21,216 bases of DNA from Sulfolobales archaeon. Lineage in GTDB: Archaea > Thermoproteota > Thermoprotei_A > Sulfolobales > NBVN01. The translations under genes were made by a program, and so were the position numbers. Below the pieces are notes generated by a model. It had not been told where the DNA came from. It was given only the letters and a program-made list of their open reading frames with translations, and did no database searches. Shown here piece after piece: positions 1 through 8,550 of the stretch. How positions within the stretch are numbered: the first letter of the stretch is position 1; every line of letters begins with the position of its first letter. The DNA lies in the NCBI GenBank assembly GCA_038841535.1, contig JAWBTQ010000020.1, positions 1 to 21,216 of the forward strand, read 5' to 3'.

Positions 1-890
1 TCTCTTAGGTATTGCGCTAGCCTGTCTCGAGCTCCGTCCCTCTCGACCCATACCGTGAAGAGGTTGTAGACGTGCTTAACTCCAGGCTTTTCTGTCGGCA
101 GCTTAATTTGGGGAACAGACGCTAGTTCCTCTACGTACACTCTAGCGAGCTTCCTCCTCTTCTCGTTCATCTCATCTAATCTCTTAAGTTGCGAGAGCCC
201 TAAAGCTGCCTGCACGTCCGTAATCCTCATGTTCCAACCTAGCTCTACGTGGTAATAACGAGACTTCTGACCGTGGTTTCTGAGTAGCCTCACTTGCTCC
301 GCAACTCCGTCTAAGTCTGTGGCTACAGCGCCTCCCTCACCCGTAGTTATACTTTTAGTTGGGTAGAAGCTGAACGCCGCAGCGTGACCTAAGCCACCTA
401 CTTTCCTACCTTTGAACTCCGCCCCCAAGGCCTGAGCACAGTCCTCTAAGACGTGAACCTGCCTCTCACTAGCTATCTCAGCTATCTGGTCCATATCTGC
501 TGGATGACCGTATAGATGTACTGGCACTACTGCCTTAGTAGTACCACTTATAGCTTCACGTAGCTGGTCTGGGTCTAGAGTGTAGGTCTCTAACTCGATG
601 TCAACTAGCACAGGTATAGCACCAGCAAGTAAGGCGGTAGAAGCTGTAGCAAAGAAAGTGAAGTCGGGAACTACGACCTCGTCTCCCTGACCTACTCCTA
701 GAGCCTTAAGAGAGAGGTAAAGGGCTGCGGTACCGTTAGAAACAGTAGCAACGTGCTTAACCCCTAGATAACTGGCTAACTGCTTTTCGAATTCCTCTCC
801 CACCCGCCCGAAGGCTAGCATGCCAGACCGTAGAACACTTACGACGGCTTCTATATCGCTCTCAGTAATGAGAGGTGAACTGACTTTCAT
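1..890 (-). CDS. DegT/DnrJ/EryC1/StrS-family PLP-dependent sugar aminotransferase (3' end runs off the window)
   Basis: Not in the ORF track; translated by hand. It begins MKVSSPLITESDIEAVVSVLRSGMLAFG and contains VSNGTAAL, PVHLYGHP, EDCAQALGA and FSFYPTKSITTGEGG (PLP lysine). Start is ATG 890 or GTG 893, with GGTGA upstream. Confidence 0.92.
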   Translation of the reverse strand, partial: MKVSSPLITESDIEAVVSVLRSGMLAFGRVGEEFEKQLASYLGVKHVATVSNGTAALYLSLKALGVGQGDEVVVPDFTFFATASTALLAGAIPVLVDIELETYTLDPDQLREAISGTTKAVVPVHLYGHPADMDQIAEIASERQVHVLEDCAQALGAEFKGRKVGGLGHAAAFSFYPTKSITTGEGGAVATDLDGVAEQVRLLRNHGQKSRYYHVELGWNMRITDVQAALGLSQLKRLDEMNEKRRKLARVYVEELASVPQIKLPTEKPGVKHVYNLFTVWVERDGARDRLAQYLR

Positions 891-990
891 CACTTTCTGT
901 TCACCGATGAGTGCTGTGACATAAAGTAAAAAGCTTGCTAGCGACTACCTAGAGATCTTTAAGTTATTTTACGCTGTCCTAAAGTACGCA

Positions 991-1854
991 GTGTTTTTTA
1001 TAATGGCTGCTCAAACTTCTATAGTAGTGGGAAGTGTGCTAGCTAAGCTAGCTAATAGACTGCTTCAGAGTCCACTTAAGCTGATGGTTAGGCCTCTGTA
1101 CAGGCTCTACGAGAACATGCTGTGGGATCAGGTAAAGTCAGGCCCGCTGCCAAGGCACGTCGCTATAATACCTGATGGCAATAGGAGGTGGGCTAGAGAG
1201 CTCGGTATGAGCCCAATCCAGGGGCACGAGTACGGCTATAGAAAGATTAAGGAGGTCCTAGATATTCTGTGGAGGCTTGGAGTCAAGATCGTAACGGTTT
1301 ACGCGATGTCATCTGAGAACTGCGTCAAGAGAGACCCGGTAGAGAGAGACCACCTCTTCAGCTTGATCGAGAGAGCTATTAGTGAGCTGGAGAGTAGTGG
1401 TGAACTGAGTGCGAGGAGAGTGAGAGTTAAAGTTTTCGGTAGATTAGACCTAATCCCAGAGTCTCTGGTCTCAAAGATACGCGAGGTAGAAGCTAGGACG
1501 GAGCGCTTCGATGGTGGGATACTTAACGTAGCCCTATGCTACGGCGGCCGCGAGGAGATATTGAGGGCTGTCAGAGAGTTAGCTAAAGACGCTGTGTCTG
1601 GGAGGATCTCTCTTGACGGTATAGACGAGAAGACCTTTATGTCCTATCTCTACACGTCATACCTAGGAGAGCTTGGCGACCCGGACTTAGTCATAAGAAC
1701 CTCTGGTGAAGTTCGTGTGAGTAACTTCCTTCTGTGGCAGATAGCGTACAGTGAGCTCTACTTCTGCGAAGTGTACTGGCCTGAGTTCAGGACTATAGAT
1801 CTACTGAGGGCGATAAGGGACTACCAGAGGCGGGAAAGGAGGTTCGGAGCTTAA
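991..1854 (+). CDS. uppS: cis-prenyltransferase (polyprenyl/undecaprenyl diphosphate synthase)
   Basis: Motifs PRHVAIIPDGNRRWA, YAMSSEN, YGGREEI, DPDLVIRTSGEVRVSNFLLWQIAYSEL and C-terminal RRFG. The true start may be GTG 1036, because TTTTATA at 996-1002 looks like the TATA box. Confidence 0.96.
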   Translation: MFFIMAAQTSIVVGSVLAKLANRLLQSPLKLMVRPLYRLYENMLWDQVKSGPLPRHVAIIPDGNRRWARELGMSPIQGHEYGYRKIKEVLDILWRLGVKIVTVYAMSSENCVKRDPVERDHLFSLIERAISELESSGELSARRVRVKVFGRLDLIPESLVSKIREVEARTERFDGGILNVALCYGGREEILRAVRELAKDAVSGRISLDGIDEKTFMSYLYTSYLGELGDPDLVIRTSGEVRVSNFLLWQIAYSELYFCEVYWPEFRTIDLLRAIRDYQRRERRFGA

Positions 1855-1998
1855 GGGACCCGACCCAGTTTAGGAGCTGCTACCTCTTCTCCCCTATGCG
1901 CAGTGAGCTAGGGGCTCGATGGTCTTGGAGTACTTAAGGGCAGACCTATGTCTCTACTACCGGCTGTCTTGCCGTAGTTGAAGCGGCTCTATTGCTGG

Positions 1999-2862
1999 CT
2001 ATAGGTTTACTTCTATTAGAACCCCCTCAACTACGTCCTTGTATCTATTCCTTATTGTTACCTCCGAGATCTCGGTGTCTCTGGATATAGCTGACTGAGT
2101 TTTTCTGATGTCTAAGAGTATCGAGGCAACATAGAGAGATGCTACAGCTACTCCCTGAGGACCCTTGCTCAGCAAGCTGCCGGACACTCTACCGGACTCT
2201 ACTATCTTCATAGCGAGAGTAGCGACTTGACTTGGAAGCCCTGCTTTTTGAGCGTATGTTAGTACGAGCGTTCTGGGGTCGTACGACCTAGACTTAGCTA
2301 TCCCGAGGTCCCTACGGATCTTCATTAACGCGTCCCATAAGTCACCCAGGGTTACACCACAATAGTTTACAACATCCTTCGTGTTTATCGGTATGTTCAG
2401 GTTCTCAGCCGCACATATTATGGATGCAGCTACGAAAGCACCGAGCCTCTTTCGACCCAGTATACCGCTCTTCACCAGCTTTCTGAGGATGAGCCCCACC
2501 TCTTCCTTAAGCCTTGCGGAGCTCGGTGTAGAGAGCTTGTTAATTATTTCGTTAGAGAGTTTTAGTGCTCTAGATAGCTTTCTATCGTCACTAGTTATGA
2601 CTCTACTCATGTTGTTTAACTCAGCAAGTCTCTTACCCACCCACGAGCTTCCGTCTATCTCCGTATGTAAGCCCATGTCGTGAACCTTTAGAGTATTCGG
2701 AATCTCACCACGCTCTCTATTGCTTGAAGGAGTGAAGGACCTCCACTCCTTACCCATGTCGACGAGCTTATCCTCGATTACCTCACCGGTTTCAGTACAT
2801 ATGTACTCACCTCTAAACTCGTCAAAAACTATCATGTCCTCTCGGCAGCTCACGCACATCAC
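1999..2862 (-). CDS. tfb: Transcription initiation factor IIB (divergent, TFB2-like paralog)
   Basis: Zn-ribbon CxxC...GEYICTETGEVI, B-reader EWRSF, two cyclin folds, GKxP-like SKGPQG, and HTH RKTQ...SEVTIRNRYK. Confidence 0.93.
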   Translation of the reverse strand: MMCVSCREDMIVFDEFRGEYICTETGEVIEDKLVDMGKEWRSFTPSSNRERGEIPNTLKVHDMGLHTEIDGSSWVGKRLAELNNMSRVITSDDRKLSRALKLSNEIINKLSTPSSARLKEEVGLILRKLVKSGILGRKRLGAFVAASIICAAENLNIPINTKDVVNYCGVTLGDLWDALMKIRRDLGIAKSRSYDPRTLVLTYAQKAGLPSQVATLAMKIVESGRVSGSLLSKGPQGVAVASLYVASILLDIRKTQSAISRDTEISEVTIRNRYKDVVEGVLIEVNL

Positions 2863-3086
2863 CTAACGAAGAGCTCTTCGTAGGCGCTAACCGTCACGTC
2901 TAGCTTGATCGGCTTAACTACGGCATAGGGAGACCTTACCGGACCTATCACGTCAACCAGAACTCCGATGACCTCACCCCTGGAGTTGAGTACTTTCGAA
3001 CCCAGCCTAGGCGGCTTCGAAGAGCTCAACCTAATTATGAGTTTTCCGGAGGAAGTCGTATGGAGGATGTAACCTAAGCGCTTCAA
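2859..3086 (-). CDS. gar1: H/ACA RNP subunit Gar1/Naf1
   Basis: 75 aa: MKRLG...PRLGSKV...IGVLVDVIGPVRSPYAVVKP. Its stop overlaps the tfb start, matching the conserved archaeal gar1-tfb pairing. Confidence 0.92.
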   Translation of the reverse strand: MKRLGYILHTTSSGKLIIRLSSSKPPRLGSKVLNSRGEVIGVLVDVIGPVRSPYAVVKPIKLDVTVSAYEELFVR

Positions 3087-3116
3087 GCGTTCACCGTTGG
3101 ATAATAGCTTTCAGTA

Positions 3117-3127
3117 AAGTATAAACC
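3117..3127 (-). promoter_or_regulatory. TATA box of the gar1-tfb operon
   Basis: Minus strand reads GGTTTATACTT about 30 nt upstream of the TTG start, with a GGTGA RBS between them. Confidence 0.6.
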
Positions 3128-3469
3128 AATACTACTGTAACACTCTATTCGCATTAGTGAGTATTACCCTACGTAAGAGTAAAACCAGCAGGATACCCCA
3201 AGAGTATTACTGCCCAATAGATTAATTTCTGGTATTACCCAGGAATACCGAGAAGTAAATAATGAAAATCATCGACCGAACTGTTTCATTATGACTTTAT
3301 AGTGTTCGTTTGTTGTGAGTGTGCTCATTCTTTTGTCTTTAGGTTTCTTGATGGATGTGTTCGTGGATGTAGTTAAAGCATATCCCCGAGTCCCGCGCTC
3401 TACGTAGCTGGCGTAATGCTCTAGAGACTCTGCTAGGGCTAGACCCTCTAGTAGGAGGGAGTTTAACTC

Positions 3470-3521
3470 AGACCTCCCCGCCCAGAGGAACCTTCACCCA
3501 TCAGACCAGGAAGGAGGTAAG
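3470..3521. mobile_element. Possible degenerate IS200/IS605-family end sequences (no transposase or tnpB)
   Basis: GACCTCCCCGCCC is followed by GGAACCTTCACCCATCAGACCAGGAAGGAGGTAAG. This resembles the recalled crenarchaeal tnpB-element end GGAACCCTCGCCCTTTAGGGCGGGGAGGAGGTCAG and its reverse complement. Confidence 0.4.
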
Positions 3522-3640
3522 GGAAAGTCTCGAATAAGTGAATCAGTATCTCCACGCAAAGAACTGTGGTGTAAAGCTGAGCTCTCTAAGAGTGCGCATC
3601 TTCGCGGTCAAGGTCGGTTGAGGTAGCGTGTGTAGTGGGA

Positions 3641-4462
3641 TTAAGATGGTAATGCTTTAAGTTCCTTAAGCTTTCTAAAGATCGCTAAAGTTAGAGCGAG
3701 TATTAATGCGAACGCAGCAATAGAAGAGGCTAGGAGAACTATTGGTATAGTGGGTGAGGGTTCCTGCGCTACTCCTTTTTCATCGTACAGTCTTATGCTC
3801 GTGAGGTTGAGGAAGTTTAGTTTAGATAGTTCAACCCTCATAGTGACGTCAGCACTACTCTCCATCTCACCGGATATAGACGCACTTAAGCTTACTAAGA
3901 TACCGGTCTGGCAGTCGTAGATCATCTCAGCACGAGGAGTGACCATCTTGTACTTAACGCCCCTTCCGACAGTAATGTTACCTACTTTCACCTCCTGGCA
4001 GACCTCTCCTGAGGTGTCTTCAACTATCTTATACCACCTTGCTACAGTGTTTAAAAACAGTGGGATAGAGTCCTTGCGCAACACTACATTCACGGTCACA
4101 CCCTCAGATGGGGGTACATAGAGGAGGTCGACGAAGTACTTAGTTAGGTTTGCGATAAAGAGTGGTGCTAGAACGTGGAGAAAAACTAGGTCACTGGAGG
4201 TGAGGGAATATGTTACGTTACCTGCTAGAGCACTAGCTATATAGTGTGTTCTATTCAGTTTCTCGATAACTATGTGTAGGGTATATGTACTTAGCGCCAC
4301 TCCACTAGCACCAGAAGCAGAAACACCAACTCTATAGTACACATCGTAAGCCATGTAGATCGTGTCACCTTTAAACTTGTCGAGAACGTCCCATGCGCAA
4401 CTTACGACGGGCAAGACAGTTAAAGACGCGAGCACTAGTGCCACTACCCAGGGAAACCTCAA
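3641..4462 (-). CDS. Hypothetical secreted protein with C-terminal membrane anchor
   Basis: N-terminal signal peptide, beta-rich body, several N-x-S/T sequons (NRT, NVT, NIT, NLT), a Pro/Ser linker, then a hydrophobic helix and basic tail. Confidence 0.8.
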   Translation of the reverse strand: MRFPWVVALVLASLTVLPVVSCAWDVLDKFKGDTIYMAYDVYYRVGVSASGASGVALSTYTLHIVIEKLNRTHYIASALAGNVTYSLTSSDLVFLHVLAPLFIANLTKYFVDLLYVPPSEGVTVNVVLRKDSIPLFLNTVARWYKIVEDTSGEVCQEVKVGNITVGRGVKYKMVTPRAEMIYDCQTGILVSLSASISGEMESSADVTMRVELSKLNFLNLTSIRLYDEKGVAQEPSPTIPIVLLASSIAAFALILALTLAIFRKLKELKALPS

Positions 4463-4504
4463 TTTATTTACCCAGCTCGTTATTTACTCGGTAAAATAAG
4501 TAGT

Positions 4505-4553
4505 ATGATGAAGCACGAGCGGGATGAGCCGTGATTAGTAGCAAACCGACTGA
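4505..4553 (+). ncRNA. Box C/D 2'-O-methylation guide sRNA
   Basis: Box C ATGATGA 4505-4511; 12-nt guide AGCACGAGCGGG; D' ATGA 4524-4527; C' GTGATTA 4531-4537; 12-nt guide GTAGCAAACCGA; D CTGA 4550-4553. This is canonical archaeal spacing. Confidence 0.8.
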
Positions 4554-5577
4554 GCCTTTCTTAGACCACGACCATGTCGAGGATTTAAGTGGGCGGATAT
4601 ACGTTACGGTTGGTAATGTACACCCCCCGGGGGCCGTCATTGCCTACCTCAAGTACGTACCTACTCACCGCAGGACTTACTGGTGTCGCGGGTCTAAGTG
4701 CTACGAGAGGGTATTGAAGAAGTACGGCGCGGATTTCGTTCTGAGTGTAGCTAGAGATTACCAAGAAGAGATATACGACCCTTCTATTGGTGTGACAGTA
4801 CCTGTCGTTAGATTTAGGAATATCGCGTCAGTTTACAGACCCCGCGAGAGGCTCCAAGAGGTCTTGAGGAACGCGAGGGACTCCGTAGAAGTCGACGCAG
4901 TTATAGCTTACGAGAGATTGAGGGCGTGTTCGAGTGTGAACTCGGGGAGTATTGGGGTTGATGGATCTGTTGCTGTTGGGATACAGAATCCTCAGATATC
5001 GGATGTTGACCTAGTTGTTTACGGGTGTAGAGGATCTCTTGATGTAGTGGAGTCCGTTCACAGCTCTTTTGAAACTGTACCCAAGGAAGTTGAGGCAGAA
5101 AGACTCGTTAAGATGTCTGAGACGTACCGACTCCCTCTAGAGGTAGTAAGGGCTATCTCGGCTCCCTACAAGAGGTTGTACATGCGTGAGAGAAAACGAG
5201 AAGTTAACTTGCTGTTCTCTGACGACAGGTGTGGCAGGTACGGTGAGAGTGTTCTGATTCCGACCGCACTAGTAGAAGCGGAAGTTCTCGTTGAGTCATT
5301 CGACTGTCACTCACTGTTTTACCCAGGGATAGCTAGAGTGAGTAGAGTTCTAGACTTAAGAATCCTCGGGTCTCTAAGAGAGTCTAGCATTAGTACATAC
5401 AGTGGGGTAAGCAAGATAGTTACATACGAATCCATTTACTCCTACCCTCTTTACAGGGGTGGGGAGATCAGAGTTAGGGGAGTTTTGAGTATAGAAAAAC
5501 CCACTGATGAGCTAGTTATCACTGTCGGGACTAGGGAGATACATAGCTACGCTATTCCGAGGAGAGTCAGTGTTTGA
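4531..5577 (+). CDS. Archaeal Pol-beta-superfamily nucleotidyltransferase-domain protein
   Basis: GVDGSVAVG...SDVDLVVYG (GS...DxD) motif and an N-terminal GNVHPP...AYLKY block typical of this uncharacterised archaeal family. Confidence 0.78.
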   Translation: MISSKPTEPFLDHDHVEDLSGRIYVTVGNVHPPGAVIAYLKYVPTHRRTYWCRGSKCYERVLKKYGADFVLSVARDYQEEIYDPSIGVTVPVVRFRNIASVYRPRERLQEVLRNARDSVEVDAVIAYERLRACSSVNSGSIGVDGSVAVGIQNPQISDVDLVVYGCRGSLDVVESVHSSFETVPKEVEAERLVKMSETYRLPLEVVRAISAPYKRLYMRERKREVNLLFSDDRCGRYGESVLIPTALVEAEVLVESFDCHSLFYPGIARVSRVLDLRILGSLRESSISTYSGVSKIVTYESIYSYPLYRGGEIRVRGVLSIEKPTDELVITVGTREIHSYAIPRRVSV

Positions 5578-8161
5578 GTGAGAACCTCAACAACTTAACT
5601 AAAGAGAGTAGAGCTACCAATAAAGCCAGAAGCGACGCTATTAAGGCTGTATAGGCAGTACTAGCTAACCTACCCAAGTCAACAGATGCTCTATCACAGC
5701 ACGTCCTCAACTCCTCAACATCCCCCTCAACTTTCTCGAGTCTCCTAACAGCGCTCTCAATATCGAACCTGAAGATCTGGCCCTCAACCTGAGCTACTCT
5801 ATGGCTTATGTTATCTATGACTCGGCTTAGGTCTACCACGGAAGAGCTGGCCTTAGCTAAGCCCGAAGAGAGCTCCTCTACGGTGAGGCTAAGCTTACTC
5901 AATACTTGCCTCATTTCGTCGGACTTCTCTTGCTCAACCCTGAGGGAATCTCTTAGCTCGTTGACAACTCTCTGCAACTCTGCTACTAAGCTAGCTAACG
6001 GCTTCATCGGGTCTACTGAGATGACGTTCAGGGATTCATTGCTTTTAGTACAAGTACCAGCGTAGCATGCTTGGATCTCGATAAACACTACCCCCATGCT
6101 TGGGTAATCAGTTACTTCAATAGCTAGTATAGCTACGTTTTCCTCGTAGGATACGTTTATGACCCTCAAGACCGGGTAGCCGGGGTAGACTTGCCTAAGT
6201 GAGACGTCGAAGCCTTCGTGAGGTAGCAGCACTTCGATAGTGCCTCTATCATTAACTACGTAATAGCTCTTCACGTTAACTTTTAAGGTGACTTTCGGTT
6301 CCTCAACTCTCTCAACTATTAGCTTGGGTGGACTTAACGTTACTGTTGTGGAGAGGTAGACCCCCGGAATAGATAGGTCTTCCGCTACTAAGTAGAGGCT
6401 TCTTGCCTCACTCACATATGGAGCTACGATCTTAGTGCGGAGTGTGCCCCTGAGGTTAGTGCTGTCTAGTAAGAGGGTGTTTCCAGCAATATAGATTACG
6501 ACGAGATCTCCTAATCCAAGCCCAGAGATCGATATGTCGTATAGCTGTCCTGAAGTCATGTTGTTAACTAAACTCATCGCGGGATTTATAAAGACCAACC
6601 CCTCACCATAAGACCTTCCATCACTCGAGAGTACGGCAACGGTGTTTCCACTTATGTGAGTGAGTGGAACTGTAATAGCAACCCCCCCTGTTGCGTACGC
6701 ACCTGAGTACACTCTCACGCCCGAGATGTAAACGTCAACATAGCTACCTGGAGTGACTCCAGCAACTACCTTCACCTTATCGCCCGGTTGAGCACTAACG
6801 GGTGAAACCGATGTAGGAACAGGCCTTACTAAGATATCTGAAGCTCTAGCTGTAGCTAGGTACGCCCTAACTCTTCCATACCCAGACCCAGGTTGATCTA
6901 GAGGAGTAGCAGTCGCAGTCAAAGTGTCGTATACAGCTTCAACTAGCTTGATGCCACTAAAGCCCTTGCTTCTTAATTCATTAGCTGCTAGTGCGGCAAC
7001 ACCTGCCACTAGAGGTGTTGAAGCACTAGTTCCACTACCTATAGCCAGGAGACCACCAGGGTATGCTCCAGGCACTTCCACTCCAGGTGCTACAATGTCA
7101 GGCTTCACGTACTTCCTCGGATACTGCCCCTTGAAAGGCCAGCTAGTTGGTGGTGAAGGCCACTCGACCTCCTCGTAGCTACTGAAGTAAGCTACTTGGT
7201 CGTTAAAGTCTGTTGCCCCAACACCTATAACACCCCAAACGTTACCGGGGTTGGAGCTACTGTACGGTCCTCCGTTCCCTATAGCAGCTACTACCACTAC
7301 TCCAGCATCGAGGAGTTTTTCTATTGCCGGAAGGAATAGGTTGCTGTAGTTACCAAGAGCACCCAGGCTCATTGAAACAACGAGGGGTCTAGGTACGTCT
7401 ACGTACCTCTTGTAGCAGTCGTATGGTCTGAGAACCCACTCCAGTCCAGCTAGTACTTGCGCGAACGTGCCGTAACCACCGGGAAGCACGCTGGCAACCA
7501 TGAGTTTAGCACTAGGTATCACACCGAAGATGTATGTAGAAGTATCTCCACCAACTAATATACTGCTAACCCACGTTCCGTGGCCGTCGGTATCTCGAGG
7601 TGTTGAGCAAACGGGTCTACCCCTCCTATCAAACTCGATCCAGCCACCGGGATACGAAGGATCTAGAGGGTTTACAGTAACAAGCTTGTTTAGCAATAGG
7701 GGGTGCTCTGGGTCTACCCCCGTGTCTAGTACTGCCACAATAACGTCACTACCCGCCACTCCAAGGTAGTTCCAGACTATGTCTGCCCCGACTCTACTGA
7801 TAGCCCATGACCACGCAGTAACATACTCACTACTCTGGCTCCCGAGCTTACTTAAGCCACCTATGACTCGCAAGTTCATCTCAGCCTTAGCTACCTCGAG
7901 GTTCGGAAAGACGGAGCCTCTGCTTACAGCCATAACGTACTTAGGGCACTCGACAAGTGCGATATTGAATATGCTGTACAACCTCAGCATTCTGCATCCA
8001 CGTGTGGACAGGTCGTCTAGTAGTGACGGGTCTTTCCCGAAGTCGACTAGGTATTCCCCGCTACTGGTATCTACTATTGATGAAGCTATTGATACTAGTT
8101 GGATGGAGAGGAGTAGATAGAGTACGGCCAATAAGTATAGCTTAGTTGCCACAGTCTTCAA
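5567..8161 (-). CDS. Membrane-anchored S8 (subtilisin-like) serine protease with coiled-coil stalk
   Basis: Signal peptide and prodomain; Asp VAVLDTG, His GHGTWV, oxyanion AAIGNGG, KPDIVAPG, Ser SGTSASTP. These are followed by beta-rich domains, a heptad region and a C-terminal TM helix. Confidence 0.93.
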   Translation of the reverse strand: MKTVATKLYLLAVLYLLLSIQLVSIASSIVDTSSGEYLVDFGKDPSLLDDLSTRGCRMLRLYSIFNIALVECPKYVMAVSRGSVFPNLEVAKAEMNLRVIGGLSKLGSQSSEYVTAWSWAISRVGADIVWNYLGVAGSDVIVAVLDTGVDPEHPLLLNKLVTVNPLDPSYPGGWIEFDRRGRPVCSTPRDTDGHGTWVSSILVGGDTSTYIFGVIPSAKLMVASVLPGGYGTFAQVLAGLEWVLRPYDCYKRYVDVPRPLVVSMSLGALGNYSNLFLPAIEKLLDAGVVVVAAIGNGGPYSSSNPGNVWGVIGVGATDFNDQVAYFSSYEEVEWPSPPTSWPFKGQYPRKYVKPDIVAPGVEVPGAYPGGLLAIGSGTSASTPLVAGVAALAANELRSKGFSGIKLVEAVYDTLTATATPLDQPGSGYGRVRAYLATARASDILVRPVPTSVSPVSAQPGDKVKVVAGVTPGSYVDVYISGVRVYSGAYATGGVAITVPLTHISGNTVAVLSSDGRSYGEGLVFINPAMSLVNNMTSGQLYDISISGLGLGDLVVIYIAGNTLLLDSTNLRGTLRTKIVAPYVSEARSLYLVAEDLSIPGVYLSTTVTLSPPKLIVERVEEPKVTLKVNVKSYYVVNDRGTIEVLLPHEGFDVSLRQVYPGYPVLRVINVSYEENVAILAIEVTDYPSMGVVFIEIQACYAGTCTKSNESLNVISVDPMKPLASLVAELQRVVNELRDSLRVEQEKSDEMRQVLSKLSLTVEELSSGLAKASSSVVDLSRVIDNISHRVAQVEGQIFRFDIESAVRRLEKVEGDVEELRTCCDRASVDLGRLASTAYTALIASLLALLVALLSLVKLLRFSLKH

Positions 8162-8307
8162 TATCTCACCAACTGTTTTTCGCTTTACTTATAAAAGGTG
8201 AGGCTACTCACTTACCTAGCCTCGTTTAAGGCATTTAATAGAACTTAGTTTTATACAGCATGACTGAATTTTTATACCCTTCGATAGAGAGTTAATACGG
8301 TGAGTAA

Positions 8308-8550
8308 ATGAAAGAAGAAGTCTGCTACGAGCTTTACGGAGAGCATATATCTCTTAAAGAACTCGGAATATCTGTGCTTGTGTCTACCTCTTTCGCTATG
8401 CTGTTTTTCTCCGCAGCTCCCGCAGTATCCGGGGTTCTAGGGGTTCAGCCAGCAGGTATATCGATTACTCTTGGAGCTTTAGGTGCTACAATAGGTTTCG
8501 CTATTTCAGTGTTGATCTCTAAAGTCAAGAGAGTAGTCGTGGAGGTGTGA
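8308..8550 (+). CDS. Small two-TM membrane protein, partner of the downstream permease
   Basis: 80 aa with two hydrophobic segments; GGTGA RBS and upstream TTTTTATA; GTGA overlap with the next gene. Confidence 0.8.
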   Translation: MKEEVCYELYGEHISLKELGISVLVSTSFAMLFFSAAPAVSGVLGVQPAGISITLGALGATIGFAISVLISKVKRVVVEV

